This document shows positions 15,731-24,890 of a DNA stretch of 38,706 nucleotides, in pieces (the first letter of the stretch is position 1; each line of letters starts with the position of its first letter). The stretch covers positions 1-38,706 of the IMG/VR virus record IMGVR_UViG_3300025267_000039; one strand, written 5' to 3'. The stretch is from a virus (taxonomy: Duplodnaviria > Caudoviricetes). Under the pieces are notes generated by a model. That model saw only the letters and a program-made list of their open reading frames with translations, did not search any database and had not been told where the DNA came from. Made by a program: the position numbers and the translations under genes.

Positions 15731-18101
15731 AATTAATGTTGTAACTTCTTTCTCGGAAGAGGGCTGGAAAGATTATGCACAGAAGATGGTTAACTCTGCT
15801 GCCGAACATTGGGGTCCAAACCTACACCTGACAGCCTTCTATCATGATTTTGATTTACTTTCCTGTAATCCTGTAGAATCTCCAAACATAACTTATCGAA
15901 ACCTCAATGAGATAACAGATATGCTGGAGTTCAGAGAAAGCCATAAAAGATATGATGGAACTCTTGGTGGAGACATGCCCTACAACTGGAAGCATGATTG
16001 TATAAAGTTTTCCCATAAAGTATTTGCTCTAACAGAGTTTGCTTTTGAGTTATGTGCAGATAGCAAGAAACCGGGATGGCTGGTATGGCTGGATGCAGAT
16101 ACTACCACAGACCGGCGCTTTACCATAGAGGACATGGAATCTTGTCTTCCTGCTAAAGCAGAGCTTGTTTATTTAGGAAGGCAGAGCTTTGAATATAGTG
16201 AAACTTCTTTTGTAGGATTCAATCTCAACCACCGCCCTGCAGTAGACCTACTGGGTGACCTTCGTGGGCAATACATCTCAGGTGAAGTTCTTAATTACAG
16301 AGAATGGCATGATGGTTTTATTTTTGAGAGGCTCTTGATTATTTATAATGCTCATGGAATGAAAAGTCATGACTGGACAGGGCATATTAAAGATATAAAA
16401 AGTATGACCAAGGGCAAGCAGGCATTTGACCAAGCTCCTATCGGAAAGTTCATGACCCATTTCAAAGGGAAGAAGAAGAAACTTTATAAAGATAAACATT
16501 CCGAAGACATGGTTATGCCAGCGAAGAGATATCAGCAGTTACTTGACGCTGTTCTATTTTATAAACCTAAAACAATTGTAGAGACAGGTGCGTTTAATGG
16601 ACAACGAGCTATTCAACTATCTTTAGCTGCATTCGAGCACACAGATTCTGTAAGTTACATAGGTTATGATTTGTTTGAGGATGCTACAAGTGAATTGGAT
16701 AAGATAGAATTCAACAGTAAGGACCATAATACCTTACAGGTAGTACGAAAAAGATTGGAAGAGTTCGCTGAGAAAATAAAGAAAAAAGGAAAGACATTTA
16801 CTTTTAGGCTGATAAAAGGAGACACTAAAGAAACACTTCAACATCCTATTGTTATTGATACACCTGAAGGTGAGAGAACTTTACATCCTAACCAAGCTGA
16901 TTTAGCATTCATTGATGGTGGTCATTCAGATGCTACTGTGCAGCATGACTACGCTACTTTAAAAGATGTACGTATCATTATCTTGGATGATTTTATAAAT
17001 CCTATGGAAGAAAAGAAAGAAGAAGCTCTTCATTACTGTGCAGTCAACAGATTATATGATACTATTGAGGACAAAAGAAAATGGGTGCTTCCTTCTGCTG
17101 ACCCTATCTATGCTGAAAGTACACGAATAGGTTCTACGCATCTGGCTATCGTTCTAAATGATGATTCAGAGGAAACAACACCGCCCCCTCCTCAACATCT
17201 CTTTCAGGTTCCTATTATAGTTCAACCGAAAGATTGTGTTCCCAAAGAATACATTCAGAACAACATACAATCAAATACTCAGATGATTAATAAATGGGTA
17301 GGAAGGGCTAAAAGAAATAATGAAGTAGCTATCATGGTATCTGGTGGAGCCAGTACGAACTGGAAAGAACTGGAAGCTGTGATTCAGCATGAGGGAGAAG
17401 AGAACTGTAAGATTGTTTGTGTGAAGCACTCCTATCCAGACCTTCTTAAACACGGCTTCAAACCGTGGGCCTGTGTTATTCTGGACCCCCGGCCTGTGAC
17501 AGGAACGAGCACCCACGGGATAGTTCGTTCAACTCTGTTTGAAAATGTACATGAAGACACTACTTTTATGTTGGCTTCAATGACAGACCCATCAGTGACA
17601 GAGCTTGTTAAAAGTAAAACAGATAAGGTCATAGGCTGGCATGCATTTTCTGAAGCTCTGCGAACTCCTGACGAACAGGGAAAGCAGCCGCGCGATAACA
17701 AACTTATTGTAAAAGAAGAACTAGGGATGGAAGAAGGAGCTACATTGATTGTAGGAGGCACCTGTGCAGCTATGAGGGGCATAGGTATTATGCATACTCT
17801 GGGCTTCCGCTATTTCCATCTATTTGGTTATGATTGTTGTTTTGAAGAACCAACCGAAGAACTTCAGGAATTAAAAGATGACCAAGGAAAGCCCAAATAT
17901 ATTAAGGTGAGCGTAGACCACACCCCTTACTGGACTACTGGTGAGTTACTGGCAATGGCGCAGGATTGTGAGAAATTATTCGGACGGGATGATATAGACA
18001 TGGATATAAATTTTCATGGAGAGAACACCTTAGTGGCTTCGTTGTGGAAGACCTCTCCAATACAGAAACTTAAGCATTATACGGAAGTTATAGGAGGATA
18101 A
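15720..18101 (+). CDS. three-domain protein: GT-A glycosyltransferase + class I SAM methyltransferase + MAF/DUF115-like domain
   Basis: KFSHKVFA..WLDADT..EWHDGFIF; IVETGAFNG..GYDLFE..FIDGGHS..IILDD; VSGGAS..ILDPRP..LGFRYFHLFGYDCC. Confidence 0.75.
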   Translation: MTAKINVVTSFSEEGWKDYAQKMVNSAAEHWGPNLHLTAFYHDFDLLSCNPVESPNITYRNLNEITDMLEFRESHKRYDGTLGGDMPYNWKHDCIKFSHKVFALTEFAFELCADSKKPGWLVWLDADTTTDRRFTIEDMESCLPAKAELVYLGRQSFEYSETSFVGFNLNHRPAVDLLGDLRGQYISGEVLNYREWHDGFIFERLLIIYNAHGMKSHDWTGHIKDIKSMTKGKQAFDQAPIGKFMTHFKGKKKKLYKDKHSEDMVMPAKRYQQLLDAVLFYKPKTIVETGAFNGQRAIQLSLAAFEHTDSVSYIGYDLFEDATSELDKIEFNSKDHNTLQVVRKRLEEFAEKIKKKGKTFTFRLIKGDTKETLQHPIVIDTPEGERTLHPNQADLAFIDGGHSDATVQHDYATLKDVRIIILDDFINPMEEKKEEALHYCAVNRLYDTIEDKRKWVLPSADPIYAESTRIGSTHLAIVLNDDSEETTPPPPQHLFQVPIIVQPKDCVPKEYIQNNIQSNTQMINKWVGRAKRNNEVAIMVSGGASTNWKELEAVIQHEGEENCKIVCVKHSYPDLLKHGFKPWACVILDPRPVTGTSTHGIVRSTLFENVHEDTTFMLASMTDPSVTELVKSKTDKVIGWHAFSEALRTPDEQGKQPRDNKLIVKEELGMEEGATLIVGGTCAAMRGIGIMHTLGFRYFHLFGYDCCFEEPTEELQELKDDQGKPKYIKVSVDHTPYWTTGELLAMAQDCEKLFGRDDIDMDINFHGENTLVASLWKTSPIQKLKHYTEVIGG

Positions 18102-18102
18102 C

Positions 18103-18507
18103 ATGGCATTAGGAATTGCGGAAGCTGTTGTTGGAGTGGTAGGCAGCGTACTTGATAAGTTTGTAGAGGATAAAGACTTACGTGCCAAGCTTAATCATGA
18201 ACTGAAGACTCAAGTTCAACAAGCTAATATGGCACAGATAGAAGTGAATAAAGCACAAGCTGCTCATCCTTCTATCTTCGTAGCCGGGGCTAGACCTGCT
18301 ATCATGTGGATATGTGCCTTTGGTCTAGGCTGGCAGTTTGTATTTCAACCTGTTTTTATATGGGTACTAGCTGTTACATCCTATAGTGTGCCAATGCCTG
18401 TCATACCTACGGATGGGTTGCTTACCCTTACCCTGTCGTTGTTAGGTTTGGGCGGCATGAGAAGCTTTGAGAAAATGAAAGGGATACATAGGGAGAACTT
18501 ACAGTGA
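18103..18507 (+). CDS. holin, GTA-release 3TM family
   Basis: LDKFVEDKD, QIEVNK, FVAGARPAIMW, LLGLGGMRSFEK; hydrophobic segments. Confidence 0.85.
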   Translation: MALGIAEAVVGVVGSVLDKFVEDKDLRAKLNHELKTQVQQANMAQIEVNKAQAAHPSIFVAGARPAIMWICAFGLGWQFVFQPVFIWVLAVTSYSVPMPVIPTDGLLTLTLSLLGLGGMRSFEKMKGIHRENLQ

Positions 18508-18746
18508 AAGACTGGCTATTTGAATTAGGAATACTAACTCTGATAGGAGCAGCAGCTTTTCTATTCATGCTGGGATGGAAAGAAGTAGCATCTGCCGAAT
18601 TCACAAAAGAAAAAATATATACTCTTGATGAGGACGGCAGATACTTTGTGAGGCTCTCGTGGACGCCAAAACCTACTCAGGACCTTCAGATAAATACTAA
18701 CGATATAGGTGAACTAAAAGCTCAAATAGGCATATGGTTGAACTAA
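18504..18746 (+). CDS. small membrane-anchored hypothetical protein
   Basis: GTGA overlap with the holin; N-terminal hydrophobic helix. Confidence 0.55.
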   Translation: MKDWLFELGILTLIGAAAFLFMLGWKEVASAEFTKEKIYTLDEDGRYFVRLSWTPKPTQDLQINTNDIGELKAQIGIWLN

Positions 18747-19144
18747 ACGAAAAACAAGAAAAATTTGCCCAAGCTTATATTGTTAATCGCAATGCAACTC
18801 AGGCAGCCCGTGCTGCAGGATATGCTGAAGCGTCTGCATATAATCAAGGATATAGACTACTTCAACATCCATTGGTACAGGAACGTATCGAAGAACTTGA
18901 AGGAGAACTTGAAACCAGCGTCGATGTTATAGAAGAAATTGAAAGTCAATATACTTTTGCCAAACAACAGGGCAACACCAACAGTGCTATCAAAGCTTTA
19001 GAACTCCTCTCGCGCATACGTGGTAACAAGAGTGATAAAGAAGACATCAACCATGAGGACTTACGTTCCCGTATAGTAGGTTTCATGGAAATCCTTGGCA
19101 AGGAAGAAATTGACTCTCTTGTAGCCAAGTGCAAGTTTGATTAA
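18734..19144 (+). CDS. terS: terminase small subunit
   Basis: LNEKQEKFAQAY..NATQAARAAGY..GYRLL..IKALELL. Confidence 0.88.
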   Translation: MVELNEKQEKFAQAYIVNRNATQAARAAGYAEASAYNQGYRLLQHPLVQERIEELEGELETSVDVIEEIESQYTFAKQQGNTNSAIKALELLSRIRGNKSDKEDINHEDLRSRIVGFMEILGKEEIDSLVAKCKFD

Positions 19145-19461
19145 ACACTGAAGCTTTCTCCACACCCACATAAAGACTTGGCATTAGGATTGTCTATCTT
19201 TAGTATAGACCCTACGATATCCTTTCTGTAATCTATTGTAGTACCTGTAACAAACATAATCGCTAACGGGTCAATAAATAAATTTCCTGTGGTCAGCGAT
19301 ATCTTTTCTGATGCTGGACTGTCTTCCTCTAGTAGCGACCACACATAAGAAAAACCGGAACATCCCCCTCCCTTAACAGACAAAAGAACTCCCTGAGATT
19401 CAGGTGAGTTCTTCAGTATGCCTGAAAGATGTTCATCGGCTGTTGAGGTTAGTGTAATCAC
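19141..19461 (-). CDS. iscA: HesB/IscA-family Fe-S cluster carrier
   Basis: ITLT, GGGCSGFSY, GTTIDY, NPNA..CGCGESF; all three Cys intact; IscA versus ErpA/SufA not resolvable. Confidence 0.9.
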   Translation of the reverse strand: MITLTSTADEHLSGILKNSPESQGVLLSVKGGGCSGFSYVWSLLEEDSPASEKISLTTGNLFIDPLAIMFVTGTTIDYRKDIVGSILKIDNPNAKSLCGCGESFSV

Positions 19462-19466
19462 CTATC

Positions 19467-19622
19467 TTATTTTCCGTTACGCTTGTTCCAAAGCTGAAAG
19501 AGCGTGAGCACCTTTTCTTTTAATACCTGTATATCCGCATGCATCTTAGCTAATATTATAATAAGAGATATCAATGCAAGAAGAATAGGCCATGAGGTAC
19601 GAAGTAGTTCCATCCAATCCAT
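19467..19622 (-). CDS. 51-aa single-TM protein (not in ORF track)
   Basis: MDWMELLRTSWPILLALISLIIILAKMHADIQVLKEKVLTLFQLWNKRNGK fills the gap on the coding strand. Confidence 0.65.
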   Translation of the reverse strand: MDWMELLRTSWPILLALISLIIILAKMHADIQVLKEKVLTLFQLWNKRNGK

Positions 19623-19639
19623 TTCAATACTCTACTTCT

Positions 19640-19927
19640 CTACTGAGGAGTTACAAATTTTGCTAACAAACTATCCAGCTTGTTCTCCATCCTGTCAAAT
19701 CTTCCCAGTAGCTTTTCCATATCTCTTTGCATTTCAGCTTTAATTTCAGTAACCTCTTTTGCCAACTCATCTCTGGTTGCATAAATTTTAGGAAGTTCTT
19801 CACGAGTATCACTCATTCTACGTTTTATATCTAGCATCTGTTGAGTTACACCCCTCATCCACCACATAAATCCCCCAGCAGCGAGGCTTAAAATGGCGTT
19901 CCAGAGCATTGTTGGGTCTGTTGGCAT
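19640..19927 (-). CDS. TM + coiled-coil small protein
   Basis: ORF 19640..19960; ATG 19927 after AAGGA; hydrophobic N-terminus then heptad region. Confidence 0.65.
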   Translation of the reverse strand: MPTDPTMLWNAILSLAAGGFMWWMRGVTQQMLDIKRRMSDTREELPKIYATRDELAKEVTEIKAEMQRDMEKLLGRFDRMENKLDSLLAKFVTPQ

Positions 19928-19952
19928 AGCAGGTTCCTTCTTGTTATAATGC

Positions 19953-22900
19953 TTAAGCACCTGGAATAAATTCTAATAATGGGTCTCGCCCTAATATACG
20001 GTCAACTCTTCTACGAGTTTTAATACCAGGTTTTCCAGTTGGATGCTGATAATGAAGGTTAAAATAAATATTTTTTTGTGCTCCTATATCACCCTGATGA
20101 GCTTGTTTAAGCAATACATCTGAACCTCTTCTCTGTCCTATATTAGCAAAAAATAATTCTCTTTCCTGTTCTTTCGTTAACCTATCAAGAATAAAAGATT
20201 TTGCAGCATCAGAATCATAAGAAGATTGTCGAGCCTCGTGATACCATTCGGGTAATCTAGCATTCTCCTTATTGTATAGCCTTTCTAACCTATTTAGAGC
20301 TGTCTGGAAAGAATTCCACGACGGTTGAGGCGCACCTGTCTCTTTATCTCTTCCTTTCAGTTCATAATCTACAATAGCTCCTTCATCGTTTAGTATAGCT
20401 TTATCAGGATTATCTGTTAACCATTGCCAATAACCTCTGGCCGAAGAGACAGGATTAGTTCTACCGCTTTCACTTTCAATCTTTCTTATTTTTTCAGAGA
20501 AATCCCATAAAGGTTTTGGGTCACTAATATTTAATCTTCCCATCAGAACTTTCAAAGGAATGTTAGAAGCAGTTAATTCTAAATCGCCCATTAGTTCCCC
20601 TCCATTATTCATTTGTTCTGTGGGTGTTCCACCCTCCTGCAAACGAGGATTAGGAGACTGCTGCAGATAGGCCATAAGTTGCTGACCTATCTCTACCTGT
20701 CTATCAGTGTAAGGATAAGGACCCTCCATAAATTCTTGACCCTCTACTATAGGCCCGAATAGCATATTTCCCATCACTTGGTCAGCGTAACTTGTTTCAA
20801 ACCATTTATCCTGTGTACGCTGTTCTGGCGTTTCTCTATTCTGGGCATTACGATAATGAGCTTTTGTAATCTTTTTCTGGACCGGATTACTCTTCATTAT
20901 ATATTTGAATTCATCAGTCATCTTCTTGACCACTGGGTCCATAGTTTTAAGACCATGAATAGCTTCACCTATAACAAGATTTTCCAGATTAGGACCACTG
21001 ATTTCCTTATTATATATTTCTATTAAAGGAGTTCCTGCCATAGGATTATCACGTTCTTCAGCAGGATAATACTCTGCGTGTCCTCCCTTTCCTTCTGGAC
21101 GCTCTGCTCTTCGTGCTTTGATTCCATATTTATTTAGTATTGGCTCGTAAGGAGAAGTCAACCATTCTGTTTCATCCACTACCTCTCCTGAAGTTATAGG
21201 CCCTCCAAATTCTTTACTAATAAGACCACCTTTAGCTTGATTCTCTGGAATATCATAATTAACTTGTCTATATTCCTGAGCTTTACGCTTCGTAAGAATA
21301 TCTTCTAGTCTCTCCCTAAAGAATTGCGATTGACCCATAAGAGGAAGAGCTTGTATCAATGTAGTTTTTGTAGGTCTTTCTATAGCTCTTTCTACCTGTG
21401 CTATTGTTGGTCCTAGAATAGCTCCTATGGGACTGGAACCAAATTCTACAGCCCTTTTTGCATCTACAGCAAACTGGAAAGAACCTAAGAATCCGCTTCG
21501 ATAAATATTATCCCAGAATCTATCCCAAGGAGTCCACTTTTTCTTTCGTGGACTTTTTCCGTAACCACCATATTTAGCGATATCCCGAAGGTCAGAAGCT
21601 ACATTAATAACAGCCATCATTCCTACACCTGTAGCCAGTATATTGAGCCTATCCAGATTCTTTTCTGTGGCTGGTACTCCTCTTCCTCCCGTAGCTTCCG
21701 GAGCAAACTTTCGATACCATCTTTTCATAATGGTATTGCCGAAAACAGTTTGGAAACCTTTAAGATTTGAAATCATACCCCACCGTGCGTCTGAATGCCA
21801 ATAAGGACGATTGGTTACACGAGGATTTACTATGACATCATTGATAAAACGAATTCTCCCCGTTTTCATTTTCTCAAAGAAAGCTCCTTGCTGGGGGCGT
21901 CCTTGTTTGTACCATTTGACAGCTTCATCGGCATCCATACCTAAGTCAGCTAATTGACGAACAAATCTTTGTTGAGCGTTACGTGATAAATTAGGATTGG
22001 TAGCAAGAGCTTTGATATTAGATTGGATTAGATTTTGTCCTACTTGGTCAGAGAATATTCGTGTCAGTTTTGTCCACTGAGACAATAACGTTAAATCAAA
22101 GAAAATAAGATTAGCTCTGTTTACTTCTCCTCCGAATCCCTGAACAAGACGCTGAACCATGCTGTTCTCACCGGTATCCAAAGCCATACCAATATCACGA
22201 GCCATAATATCTGCTTCACTTCTGGATACTCCACGGAATGCAGTTCGTAACATACTTCTACTAGCCGTGCTTAGTAAAGAAGGAACAGCCCTTGTAAAAG
22301 CAGCTGGACCACCTCGTTCCAAAGCTACCAATGGTTCGGCTAAAGAAGCCAGTGTAGCTAATGAAAGCAATCTCATATTCTGGTAAGTAGAAGCGAGAAT
22401 ATTTGATGTTCTCCACCAAGAAGGAGCATGTTTTATGGGGTCTACTCTTTGTTGGAGAGCATCGGCAATAGTATAAATACGATTTAATTCCTTTTCAGTT
22501 GCTGGTCTTCCTGCTGCAGCAGCCTCATCAATTCCTTTTCGTACTAAGTTACCCAGTGTACCTTCTTTTGCACCAAATAGGTCAGCGTATGTTACACGTC
22601 TGGCTGCATTACTGGTATATGTAGAAAGAACATCAAAAAAATTATTATTTAGAAATGGTTCAAGTTCATTATCAGGAACATCTTTCAGGAATGTACGAGA
22701 CTTCTCAATATTGCTCATTTTTTTAGTAGGACGAGGAGTTGGTCCTCCTTTGCGTGGTCGTTCAAATAAATTTTTTACAATACTGGCATCTTCTACACCA
22801 CTATTTTCTGAAAGCTCTCTAATAAATCCTTCTATCTGGTCCTCTTTCATTCCTTTTGAGCGTAAGAAATTACGACCTGCGTCCGTATTAAGTTTTCCTA

Positions 22901-24878
22901 CTTCCCATACCCGTGGAAAATAATTCTTTCGGATATTCATAGGTAACCCAGCTAATTTAGCATCGTTTGCCACTTCATTGAGAAGAGTTCTTATTCCTGT
23001 AACAGCTTTGTTTAACTCCGGTGGTATTTTTCCTCCTCGTAAAGCTCTAAGAATCTGAATCTGTACGTCTTGAGGAAGAATTTCTCGTGTTTCATGACGC
23101 ATCATACGAACGCCGGGGATAGCTTTACCTATTTTTACCAAAGTACTTCTAGGAACGGCAGCAACCAACTCATCTAACGCACCATCAAGTAAAGTAGTGT
23201 ATTTTCCTATACGTTTGGACATTTCTGTAAAGAAATCACCCTTGTCTCCCAACGGAATACCTTTCAGGTTTTCTACTTCTTCAAAGCTATGCATCATGTG
23301 TCGTAGTTGACGAAAAGAAGGAGACACACGAGCCAAACCATCAAGATAAGATATAGATTTAAAACCAAATGCTTCCAGTTCCCTAGCTAACTTATCACCT
23401 GCTCTTTGAGCAGCAGCTCTGAATCTAGGTAAGACTCCAGTGGGAGAGGATGGGTGACCTGTTAAGCTATCAGTAACTGTATTAAGCTTGGCAGCATCTT
23501 CTAAGGAAATATTTAAATCCTTTACTGGGACTACTACGCTATTACTTCTAGGTCTTAGATTAGCAATCACTTCATCTGAAAAAGAATCTTTAGGAAGAAT
23601 AGCTCCTGTTTCCAGATTTCTCAAGCCTGTAGGAGTCAACTCTACTTCTCTCTTACCGGGACCATATGCTCGATTTAATTTTAGTTGATTCTCAGCACTA
23701 GCAGGTTTTCCAGTTTCAGCATTAACCCATCTAGGACGAGCACCTACTTTTGCTACAGCAGCTGGCCTCGGTGCTCTTCCTGTTCGTGCAAAATATTCCC
23801 ATCCAAAGTCTACTAAATCCTGTGAAGACATATCTTCAAAAGACTGAGCACCTCTCCACGCATACCTTGTATTTCCTAAAGTACGTACAGTTCCCTCTTC
23901 CAGTCTAGGAAAAGTAACTTCTACTCTCTGAGCTGTTAGTGGGTCAGCAACCTCTGCGGCAGCTTGAGCAACTATTCTATCCGCATCAGGATTAAGAACA
24001 AAAAAAGTTAATTTTTCTCCTACCTTTTTAGCCGCTACTCTTCCTGTAGAATCATTTACCCATTGAGCACCTACCCATGTATATTCAGCACCGTCATCAG
24101 GGTCTATAGCTTTTTGTCCTCTGCGAAGAGATTTAGGGTCAGTATTATATATGGGCGGTTTGCCTTTTGACAAGCTTCTGGATAGAGCATGCATTGCTCC
24201 TGAGATAGTGCCGCCAAATACCACACCTTCTGCGAATACTTTAGCCTTCTTCTCCATTACACTGTCATCAGGTTTAATGGCAGTGGGGCCTCCTAAGTAA
24301 TCTCCAAAAGTATGAAGGTCAGAAGGGTCTGCTACTATAAAATCAGAAAGCCCAAAACCCATAGCTTCTACACCTACCTTTTGTTTACGAGAAAGAGCAT
24401 TATATTTCTTAGCTAATTCTGGAAATCCTTTAAGTCCCTGTAGAATTCCTCGTCTCGCACCAATGTAAGGAATCATATAACTTCCTACCTCTGCCCCGGC
24501 TCCCCCAAGAGGAGTAATGGTAAATCTTTTCTGTCCTGCATAATAAGGAGAAGGACCACGTAGAAAATCTCTGGCTGTATTAATATTCTCATCCAGAGTT
24601 TCCATATCTTCTTTATCTAGCCAACCGGGTGCCAGACCGCCGGGACCTCCAAGAGATGCCGTTCCTCGAATTGCTCTGGCAACTGCTTCATAAAAAAGAT
24701 TGACAGATTCAGTACCAAACAGGTCCACCTTTTCTCCAAAAGTAACAGGTTCAGGTCCTCTTATTCGCGCTCGCTCGACAGCAACCTTTTCAGCAGCTTC
24801 AGTCCACTGGTCTGCCACTTCAGGTGTAATAACATCTAAAGAAAAATCAAAGCCGGGTGTGGGACGATAATCAATCAT
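19953..24878 (-). CDS. large internal virion/ejection protein with C-terminal zincin-like and lytic-transglycosylase-like domains
   Basis: 1641 aa, last large gene of the virion block; NYFPRVW core; GEAIH; KIESESG..SSARGYWQ. Confidence 0.7.
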   Translation of the reverse strand: MIDYRPTPGFDFSLDVITPEVADQWTEAAEKVAVERARIRGPEPVTFGEKVDLFGTESVNLFYEAVARAIRGTASLGGPGGLAPGWLDKEDMETLDENINTARDFLRGPSPYYAGQKRFTITPLGGAGAEVGSYMIPYIGARRGILQGLKGFPELAKKYNALSRKQKVGVEAMGFGLSDFIVADPSDLHTFGDYLGGPTAIKPDDSVMEKKAKVFAEGVVFGGTISGAMHALSRSLSKGKPPIYNTDPKSLRRGQKAIDPDDGAEYTWVGAQWVNDSTGRVAAKKVGEKLTFFVLNPDADRIVAQAAAEVADPLTAQRVEVTFPRLEEGTVRTLGNTRYAWRGAQSFEDMSSQDLVDFGWEYFARTGRAPRPAAVAKVGARPRWVNAETGKPASAENQLKLNRAYGPGKREVELTPTGLRNLETGAILPKDSFSDEVIANLRPRSNSVVVPVKDLNISLEDAAKLNTVTDSLTGHPSSPTGVLPRFRAAAQRAGDKLARELEAFGFKSISYLDGLARVSPSFRQLRHMMHSFEEVENLKGIPLGDKGDFFTEMSKRIGKYTTLLDGALDELVAAVPRSTLVKIGKAIPGVRMMRHETREILPQDVQIQILRALRGGKIPPELNKAVTGIRTLLNEVANDAKLAGLPMNIRKNYFPRVWEVGKLNTDAGRNFLRSKGMKEDQIEGFIRELSENSGVEDASIVKNLFERPRKGGPTPRPTKKMSNIEKSRTFLKDVPDNELEPFLNNNFFDVLSTYTSNAARRVTYADLFGAKEGTLGNLVRKGIDEAAAAGRPATEKELNRIYTIADALQQRVDPIKHAPSWWRTSNILASTYQNMRLLSLATLASLAEPLVALERGGPAAFTRAVPSLLSTASRSMLRTAFRGVSRSEADIMARDIGMALDTGENSMVQRLVQGFGGEVNRANLIFFDLTLLSQWTKLTRIFSDQVGQNLIQSNIKALATNPNLSRNAQQRFVRQLADLGMDADEAVKWYKQGRPQQGAFFEKMKTGRIRFINDVIVNPRVTNRPYWHSDARWGMISNLKGFQTVFGNTIMKRWYRKFAPEATGGRGVPATEKNLDRLNILATGVGMMAVINVASDLRDIAKYGGYGKSPRKKKWTPWDRFWDNIYRSGFLGSFQFAVDAKRAVEFGSSPIGAILGPTIAQVERAIERPTKTTLIQALPLMGQSQFFRERLEDILTKRKAQEYRQVNYDIPENQAKGGLISKEFGGPITSGEVVDETEWLTSPYEPILNKYGIKARRAERPEGKGGHAEYYPAEERDNPMAGTPLIEIYNKEISGPNLENLVIGEAIHGLKTMDPVVKKMTDEFKYIMKSNPVQKKITKAHYRNAQNRETPEQRTQDKWFETSYADQVMGNMLFGPIVEGQEFMEGPYPYTDRQVEIGQQLMAYLQQSPNPRLQEGGTPTEQMNNGGELMGDLELTASNIPLKVLMGRLNISDPKPLWDFSEKIRKIESESGRTNPVSSARGYWQWLTDNPDKAILNDEGAIVDYELKGRDKETGAPQPSWNSFQTALNRLERLYNKENARLPEWYHEARQSSYDSDAAKSFILDRLTKEQERELFFANIGQRRGSDVLLKQAHQGDIGAQKNIYFNLHYQHPTGKPGIKTRRRVDRILGRDPLLEFIPGA

Positions 24879-24890
24879 TTTACGATATTC

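Noticed and set aside
1201-19134. Minus-strand ORFs within the + arm (e.g. 9835..10350, 17432..17782)
   Set aside because: Antisense shadows of well-supported genes, with no RBS or motifs
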